From the sequence record PZ445406.1: 47,149 nucleotides of DNA; one strand, written 5' to 3'. The position numbers were made by a program, and so were the translations under genes. The notes under the pieces are model-generated. The model saw nothing but the letters and a program-made list of their open reading frames with translations, was not told where the DNA came from and made no database searches. The stretch comes from a phage. Each line of letters begins with the position of its first letter. Position 1 is the stretch's first letter. This document shows, one piece after another, positions 42,350 through 47,149 of this stretch.

Positions 42350-42494
42350 CACTTGTATATTTTTCTATGGCCATGAATTTATTGATGACCTAATCTACTT
42401 TCATGAAAAGTATGGTGACACATTCGAGTGTGACGGCGACAAAATTGAGGTGCTAGCGGTGTTTTATAGAGGTGGCAAAAATGAGCTTCACTGA
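42342..42494 (+). CDS. hypothetical 50-aa protein
   Basis: ATG 42342 overlaps upstream stop; in frame with track ORF 42279. Confidence 0.35.
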   Translation: MINTCIFFYGHEFIDDLIYFHEKYGDTFECDGDKIEVLAVFYRGGKNELH

Positions 42495-42633
42495 ATACGT
42501 TATCGCATGTGAACGACTGGTCTTTGATATGAAGACTTTTCACTGGTTCATCATTAAGGATTTGATTAAGCCTTATAAGCAGGGTGTGACACCTGAGGCA
42601 TTTATCAAGAACTTCTATAGCACTAAAAGCTAA
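42481..42633 (+). CDS. hypothetical 50-aa protein
   Basis: GAGGTGG SD; 3' end overlaps next phage-type promoter. Confidence 0.35.
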   Translation: MSFTEYVIACERLVFDMKTFHWFIIKDLIKPYKQGVTPEAFIKNFYSTKS

Positions 42634-42660
42634 ACGCAGTCGCCAGGGATGGCATATAAT
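42617..42660 (+). promoter_or_regulatory. phage-type promoter module (variant)
   Basis: ATAGCAC-taaa-AGCTAA, 21-22 bp spacer, TATAAT, leader TACCCCATCAACACAACGAG. Confidence 0.45.
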
Positions 42661-42690
42661 TACCCCATCAACACAACGAGAGACTGAGAA

Positions 42691-42930
42691 ATGTTCGGAC
42701 TAAATGAAGCGATGTTCAATGCGGTAAAGCGCCAGGCTAAAAAGCTCAACGATAAGTATGAGTCACTAAGCAAGCTGGACCGCAAGAATGATAAGTTGGT
42801 TGCTGGTATCATAACTGAGATTTGGCAGCCTGTTTCCACAGTTATCAGTAGGGATCGATTTGTGTGGGTATCTGGTTATCTTAAGGGTCGCGTTGGTCAT
42901 GACGAGAATGGGAATAGTCTTTATGAGTGA
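42691..42930 (+). CDS. hypothetical protein
   Basis: Phage-type promoter and leader upstream. Confidence 0.5.
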   Translation: MFGLNEAMFNAVKRQAKKLNDKYESLSKLDRKNDKLVAGIITEIWQPVSTVISRDRFVWVSGYLKGRVGHDENGNSLYE

Positions 42931-42991
42931 GTTGACAATCTGGTTTATTGCTGGGCTTATTACTTGGGCTTACTTTGGGGTATTGGCATGA
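42923..42991 (+). CDS. 22-aa hydrophobic micro-ORF (MSELTIWFIAGLITWAYFGVLA)
   Basis: Start overlaps upstream stop; its stop overlaps next ATG (ATGA); single TM-like segment. Confidence 0.3.
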   Translation: MSELTIWFIAGLITWAYFGVLA

Positions 42992-43215
42992 GAACATTGA
43001 GACAGATTTTACACGGTTGTAAGAAGCATCATTATGTTTACTTTCGTGATATTAAGTGGTTCGAGGATGCTCACTTTTTAGATGGCTACAAGACAAAGTT
43101 AGTATGCAAGAAATGCATGCACGTGGAGAACAGCATGGTGGATATGATGATTTGCCGCAGCACACTAGACTACATTGCGTATGGAAAGCTCAAACATCCA
43201 CCAGTTAAACCGTAA
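42988..43215 (+). CDS. hypothetical Cys/His-rich protein
   Basis: ATG 42988 (track start 42964 is upstream alternative); CKKHH and CKKC motifs. Confidence 0.4.
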   Translation: MRTLRQILHGCKKHHYVYFRDIKWFEDAHFLDGYKTKLVCKKCMHVENSMVDMMICRSTLDYIAYGKLKHPPVKP

Positions 43216-43229
43216 TTTTTAGAAAGAGC

Positions 43230-43258
43230 TTGCATCACTGACTGGAACCATCTAAAAT
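43230..43258 (+). promoter_or_regulatory. sigma70-like promoter upstream of tRNA leader
   Basis: TTGCAT, 17-bp spacer, TAAAAT. Confidence 0.45.
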
Positions 43259-43485
43259 TAACCACGTAGACAAACGAGGCCACCAATTGGCAACGGCGCA
43301 CGGAGCGCGCTACAAGGTAAGTCCGTTGCTCATTAAGTAGCGTATGCGGCACATAAGGCCAGTGAGGATAAGGCGAAAACCTCGATAAGTCGGCCCCAAG
43401 TCGAATAGTACGAGTCGATGTAAGGTTGCAGAATACAACCGGTCGTTTCAGCCGACCCCGGAGCCGTAACCGGGACTCATTCAAA

Positions 43486-43563
43486 GCTCTGCTAGCTCAA
43501 CAGGACAGCAGCAACGACCTTCTAAGTCGTAGGTTACTGGTTCGAATCCAGTGCGGAGCGCCA
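43486..43563 (+). tRNA. tRNA-Arg (anticodon UCU)
   Basis: Hand-folded cloverleaf: 7-bp acceptor with one GU, anticodon arm ACGAC/CTTCTAA/GTCGT with U33 and A37, T-arm with GGTTCGAATCC, encoded CCA. Confidence 0.7.
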
Positions 43564-43594
43564 GATTTAACCAATAACTCTAGGGAGTTTAATT

Positions 43595-43816
43595 ATGAAA
43601 ACTGTAACAATCATCGTAAAAGATTCAGAAACCGGAACCATTCAGAAGTTTAACGCAAAACTCGACTTTGAGCATCAGTGCTTAAAGGGCGTAATCGGTG
43701 GCGTATCAGTAAATGCAAATATTTACGGCTGGCTAATGAATTCAAATAACAAAGATGAAGTCTCTTTGGCTGGTAAAAAATTCGAATTTAAAGAAGCGGC
43801 CAATGACGACGAGTAG
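43595..43816 (+). CDS. hypothetical protein
   Basis: GGGAG SD; first ORF after tRNA. Confidence 0.45.
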   Translation: MKTVTIIVKDSETGTIQKFNAKLDFEHQCLKGVIGGVSVNANIYGWLMNSNNKDEVSLAGKKFEFKEAANDDE

Positions 43817-44000
43817 ACTGTGGAACGTCAAACTTTCAATCAGATTGATGGGCCGCTCGTGCAAAAATTGCACTCAAGATTATATCGCGTCAGTTGCCGC
43901 AACCAGCGCTGAGGATGCGGTAGCGAAAGTAAAAGAGATGTCGGGTGCTGACCCTGACACTCACAAATTCCTGGTAGCTTACGTTCGTGAGCGAAAGTAA
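43803..44000 (+). CDS. hypothetical protein (start uncertain)
   Basis: In frame with track ORF 43755; ends before terminator 44044-44067. Confidence 0.3.
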   Translation: MTTSRLWNVKLSIRLMGRSCKNCTQDYIASVAATSAEDAVAKVKEMSGADPDTHKFLVAYVRERK

Positions 44001-44043
44001 AAAGTGTTATACCCTCGTTAAGTTTCGTTTCTCTCGTTGTTTT

Positions 44044-44067
44044 AGCCCTCGCTTGAGGGCTTTTTTT
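44044..44067 (+). terminator. intrinsic terminator
   Basis: AGCCCTC-gctt-GAGGGCT hairpin plus T7. Confidence 0.65.
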
Positions 44068-44077
44068 CGTCTGTATG

Positions 44078-44106
44078 TTGACAATAATATATAGGTGCAT
44101 TAGTAT
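44078..44106 (+). promoter_or_regulatory. sigma70-like promoter
   Basis: TTGACA, 17-bp spacer, TAGTAT; directly after terminator. Confidence 0.5.
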
Positions 44107-44147
44107 TAACTCATCGGGGCGACCCACTAACCAGAAGGAGATTCAAA

Positions 44148-44387
44148 ATGATTACATTAAAAGCAATTCACAAAGATGGTAGCGAGCAGGTTTTTGAAGT
44201 TAAGAACTTCGGCCACAGAGCAATGCAGAACCGGATTGATGCTGTTGATTGTGATCGCGAGCCATTCAGTATTTACCTTAATGATGACTCGGTTGTCGTT
44301 GTGTACGCAATGAATTCGGCGGGTTCAACTGTTGGCAAGTACTTTTATTTTGATTCAGCAGGAGCCCGAGAAGATTACATATCTTAA
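44148..44387 (+). CDS. hypothetical protein
   Basis: sigma70-like promoter, AAGGAG SD, terminator downstream. Confidence 0.5.
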   Translation: MITLKAIHKDGSEQVFEVKNFGHRAMQNRIDAVDCDREPFSIYLNDDSVVVVYAMNSAGSTVGKYFYFDSAGAREDYIS

Positions 44388-44392
44388 AGCAT

Positions 44393-44415
44393 AGCCCCTT
44401 AATTGGGGCTTTTTT
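44393..44415 (+). terminator. intrinsic terminator
   Basis: AGCCCC-ttaatt-GGGGCT hairpin plus T6. Confidence 0.65.
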
Positions 44416-44436
44416 ACGTCTGCAGTATGGTATAAT
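44408..44436 (+). promoter_or_regulatory. extended -10 promoter for membrane peptide gene
   Basis: TGgTATAAT directly after terminator; weak -35. Confidence 0.4.
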
Positions 44437-44460
44437 CTGACCTCAAGAAAGGAGGATTTA

Positions 44461-44553
44461 ATGCATAATATTATTGCTACAATTATCTTTGGTGCCACTT
44501 GCCTATCATTTATCCTTGGCGTGGTATGGTTACTAACTTTATTGGGGTTTTAA
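44461..44553 (+). CDS. 30-aa hydrophobic membrane peptide (MHNIIATIIFGATCLSFILGVVWLLTLLGF)
   Basis: Extended -10 promoter and AAGGAGG SD 7 nt upstream; not in ORF track. Confidence 0.4.
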   Translation: MHNIIATIIFGATCLSFILGVVWLLTLLGF

Positions 44554-44557
44554 TGAC

Positions 44558-45064
44558 ATGAGCAAAGCAGCATTAAAGATGGGTGAGGGAAATTTCAAGG
44601 CACTCTACAACAAGAAGTATGGCGATATTGCTATGGTGGCAATCAACCGTAAGTATACGCCTGAGGAGGTTTTCGATTTCGCAGTGAGATACTTCTCCTG
44701 GGCTGAGGGTGAGGCAATTAAAGCCATTGAGACGGCGGCATTCCGGGGTGTGGTTAGTGAGAGCTTAGTGCACAAGCCTAGAGTGTTCACATTAACCGGC
44801 CTGGCACTATTCATGGGTGTTAACATCAATAGATTCGCTCGTTGGCGTGCTGAGGCTGGATACTCTGACGTGATGGAATTCATTGATAACGTAATCTACG
44901 AACAGAAATATCAGCTCTGCGTTGCAGGCATTATCAACTCCACCATTGTTGGTAAAGAGCTTGGCATTGATAAGCCGCAGGAGATCACCATTAGCAACAA
45001 CTCCACAGCCAACGACGTTGATAGCATGAAGGAAGCGCTTGAGTCTGTTATTGGTAAGTTGTAG
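44558..45064 (+). CDS. terminase small subunit (putative)
   Basis: 168 aa; position upstream of terL with an HNH gene between; call by synteny only. Confidence 0.45.
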   Translation: MSKAALKMGEGNFKALYNKKYGDIAMVAINRKYTPEEVFDFAVRYFSWAEGEAIKAIETAAFRGVVSESLVHKPRVFTLTGLALFMGVNINRFARWRAEAGYSDVMEFIDNVIYEQKYQLCVAGIINSTIVGKELGIDKPQEITISNNSTANDVDSMKEALESVIGKL

Positions 45065-45104
45065 CACTTATTGTTAAAAGAAGAGCCCCAATCAGTGAGA
45101 TAAT
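45061..45104 (+). promoter_or_regulatory. phage-type promoter module (drives HNH 45133)
   Basis: TAGCAC-ttat-TGTTAA, 22-bp spacer, GATAAT; terS stop TAG is part of TAGCAC. Confidence 0.45.
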
Positions 45105-45132
45105 GGTCCCAATAAACTAACGAGGTGATGAT

Positions 45133-45609
45133 ATGGATTGGGGTGATTTTTTCTATTTAAGCAGCGAATCTCCTAGTGGTCTAAAATGGAAAGTTGACAA
45201 AGGGAGGGTAAGGGCTGGCGATAACGCTATAACGGCAATTGGTAATGGCTATTACAAGGGCAGGTTAAACCAGGTGACTGTTTATGCCCACAGGGTAGTT
45301 TATTTTCTTGCGTACGGAGTAAAGCCAGAGGTAATAGATCACATTGATGGTGATGGCCTTAATAACTCAATAGACAATCTTCGAGACGGAACAACAAGGC
45401 AGAATATGCAAAACAGAGCGTGTAAGGGCTACAGCTACAACAAAAGGGATGACGTTTATTACGCGCAGATAACAAAGAATGGGGTGACTAGACATATTGG
45501 GTCTTTCTCCACAAAGGAATCAGCCATAGCTGCATACCTAAGAGAGAAGTCTTTAGTTCATGAGTTTTATAATGAGGAAAGAGATATATGCTCATCTGGG
45601 AAGAAATGA
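45133..45609 (+). CDS. HNH homing endonuclease (HNH plus AP2-like domain)
   Basis: HIDGDGLNNSIDNLR HNH motif and AP2-like C-terminus; stop overlaps terL ATG. Confidence 0.75.
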   Translation: MDWGDFFYLSSESPSGLKWKVDKGRVRAGDNAITAIGNGYYKGRLNQVTVYAHRVVYFLAYGVKPEVIDHIDGDGLNNSIDNLRDGTTRQNMQNRACKGYSYNKRDDVYYAQITKNGVTRHIGSFSTKESAIAAYLREKSLVHEFYNEERDICSSGKK

Positions 45610-47149
45610 CAAGTCAGGAGAAGCTAGCCGTTAAGGCCATCTCAGAGCATAGTTTTGAGGGCTTTTTAAGGTGTTGGTTTTCAATAACGCAAGGAGAGCG
45701 ATACATCCCCAATTGGCATCACAAGTACTTGTGCAGAATTATCGACGAGATTATTGCCGGAGAGCGGAAAGACACCATCATTAACATAGCTCCGGGTAGC
45801 GGAAAGACAGAAATTACATCAATCCACTTCCCGGTTTACTCGATGCTAAAGCTAAAGAAGGTTCGCAACCTGAACATCTCGTTCGCCGACTCAAACGTGA
45901 AGCGAAACTCAAAGCGCGTCCGTGACTTGATATCATCAAAGGAGTTCCAGGAGCTATGGCCTTGCAAGTTCGGGACAAATAAAGATGACGAGATTCAGAT
46001 CGTTGATGACAATGGAAAGGTTAGATTCGAGTCCATATCAGCATCAAAAGGAGGTAGGATTACTGGCACGCGTGGTGGGTATATTACCGACACATACAGT
46101 GGCGCGGTAATGCTGGATGACTTCGATAAACCCGACGAGATGTTTTCATCTGTATACAGAGCCAAGAGTCACACGCTGCTTGGTAATACCATTCGTTCGC
46201 GTCGAGCAAGCTCGGTAAAGGGGAAGGCAACTCCAATTATCCAGATTCAGCAGAGACTTCACGTCAATGACTCAACATGGTTCATGCTTAGCGGCGGCAT
46301 GGGGATTGATTTTGATTTGGTTAAGATACCAGCACTGGTTACTGAAGATTACGCCGATACATTACCTGACTGGATTAAGCAGCAATTTATTGATGATGTA
46401 TTATCAAGCGAATATGTTGAGCGTGATGGGGTGAGGTATTATAGCTACTTTCCAGGAAAGGAGTCTGTGCATGACCTGGTTGCGATGTGGGATAGTGACC
46501 CGTACACGTTCCTTAGCCAGTATCAACAGGAACCCGTAGCGCTCGGCGGCAATCTGATTAACGTGGACTGGTTCCAGCGAATCAGTGATACATTCAGACC
46601 TCCAGCTAAGTACGATTACCGATTCATCACATGCGATACTGCAATGACTACAAAGAGTTATAGTGACTTCTCTGTACTTCAGCTGTGGGGCTATAAGGAT
46701 GCTAAGATTTACCTGATAGACCAGCGTAGAGGTAAGTGGGAGGCACCAGAGTTGGAGGCTGAGCTTCTGGATTTTGAGAAGAAATCAAGGGCAACCAGTC
46801 AGACGGATGGCATCCTTCGAAAGATTATCATCGAGAAGAAAGCCTCTGGCATAGGCTTGATTCAATCGGCGGGTAGAGTTATGCGAACACCGATAGAGCC
46901 ATACGTACCGGATAACGACAAGCTTACTCGCGTAATGAGCGCATTACCACAGATTAAGACTGGTAACGTCGTTCTTCCAGAGTCAGCGACATGGCTAAAT
47001 GGATTGCTTACTGAGGTTGCGGCTTTTACCGCAGACGACTCACATAAGCACGATGACCAAATTGACTGTCTAACAATGGCAGTAAACCTTGTTCTCAATA
47101 TCGCAGATGATCCTAAGTCCAGATTAATGCGCATAGCGGGAATTAAATA
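45606..47149 (+). CDS. terL: terminase large subunit (3' end runs off window; TAG completed by base 1 if circular)
   Basis: Walker A-like APGSGKT; not in ORF track because no in-window stop; ATGA overlap with HNH stop. Confidence 0.8.
   Translation, partial: MTSQEKLAVKAISEHSFEGFLRCWFSITQGERYIPNWHHKYLCRIIDEIIAGERKDTIINIAPGSGKTEITSIHFPVYSMLKLKKVRNLNISFADSNVKRNSKRVRDLISSKEFQELWPCKFGTNKDDEIQIVDDNGKVRFESISASKGGRITGTRGGYITDTYSGAVMLDDFDKPDEMFSSVYRAKSHTLLGNTIRSRRASSVKGKATPIIQIQQRLHVNDSTWFMLSGGMGIDFDLVKIPALVTEDYADTLPDWIKQQFIDDVLSSEYVERDGVRYYSYFPGKESVHDLVAMWDSDPYTFLSQYQQEPVALGGNLINVDWFQRISDTFRPPAKYDYRFITCDTAMTTKSYSDFSVLQLWGYKDAKIYLIDQRRGKWEAPELEAELLDFEKKSRATSQTDGILRKIIIEKKASGIGLIQSAGRVMRTPIEPYVPDNDKLTRVMSALPQIKTGNVVLPESATWLNGLLTEVAAFTADDSHKHDDQIDCLTMAVNLVLNIADDPKSRLMRIAGIK

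Noticed and set aside
43400-43485. Possible second tRNA in the leader (stem-loops GGTTG-CAGAATA-CAACC and GGTCG-TTTCAGC-CGACC)
   Set aside because: The anticodon-like loop has A at position 33, there is no variable region between the two arms, and no matching acceptor stem; it may still be a structured RNA but not a canonical tRNA.
43426-43653. ORF-track CDS overlapping the tRNA (and the minus-strand ORF 43170-43484 over the leader)
   Set aside because: The plus ORF spans the tRNA-Arg cloverleaf and neither has an SD; the region is better explained as promoter, RNA leader and tRNA.
44010-44040. Inverted copy of the purine-rich leader motif (GTTTCGTTTCTCTCGTT) just before terminator 44044
   Set aside because: Possibly an anti-leader antisense element, but it is short and pyrimidine-rich, could arise by chance, and there is no promoter or ORF on the minus strand here.
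6628-45104. The repeated ~18-bp motif could be a CRISPR array or a dispersed repeat family
   Set aside because: Copies are kilobases apart, occur on both strands, each lies upstream of a gene with a fixed spacing to a -10 hexamer, and no cas genes are present; they are promoter/operator elements.
1-47149. Lysogeny module (integrase, CI/Cro switch, attP)
   Set aside because: No tyrosine or serine recombinase-like ORF and no repressor/operator switch found; the only tRNA has no adjacent integrase; the phage is most likely strictly virulent.

Overview
The window reads as an essentially complete ~47.1 kb genome of a virulent T1-like (Drexlerviridae-type) siphophage of an enterobacterial host; family assignment is inference from gene content, no search was run. 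The terL reading frame runs off the 3' end and is closed to a TAG stop by base 1, so the sequence is probably a circular or permuted genome cut inside the terL stop. Layout: (1) 49-17109, + strand structural module from portal to a lambda-J-like central fiber, with lambda-like M/L/K/I tail-tip genes, a -1 frameshifted tail chaperone and an HNH endonuclease inserted after the tape measure gene; (2) 17138-19059, leftward accessory cassette (beta-rich protein, lipoprotein, C5-methyltransferase-like); (3) AT-rich divergent control region A, 19060-19442; (4) 19443-22920, rightward recombination/modification module (PD-(D/E)XK exonuclease, Dam, Erf, SSB); (5) 22953-27024, leftward tail fiber, primase and HTH protein; (6) 27126-34064, rightward helicase, VRR-NUC, many small early genes, metallophosphoesterase and a lysis cassette (holin, SAR endolysin, unimolecular spanin); (7) 34079-37931, leftward block with a 527-aa P-loop ATPase and small genes; (8) ~700 bp AT-rich control region B, 37932-38638; (9) 38639-47149, rightward early genes, dNMP-kinase-like gene, tRNA-Arg(UCU), terS-like gene, second HNH, terL. 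No integrase or CI-like repressor was seen. Most unusual: at least 18 copies of a phage-specific promoter module (ATAGCAC-N4-TTGCTA, 22-bp spacer, TATAGT-like -10, conserved CATCGAAACGAA leader) on both strands; two paralogous AT-rich regions with iterons and (TTA)n microsatellites; a 175-aa protein sharing only N- and C-termini with the 527-aa ATPase encoded in the opposite operon; a tandem duplication of a promoter plus small gene; many unannotated micro-ORFs. All functional calls are by eye from motifs and synteny.
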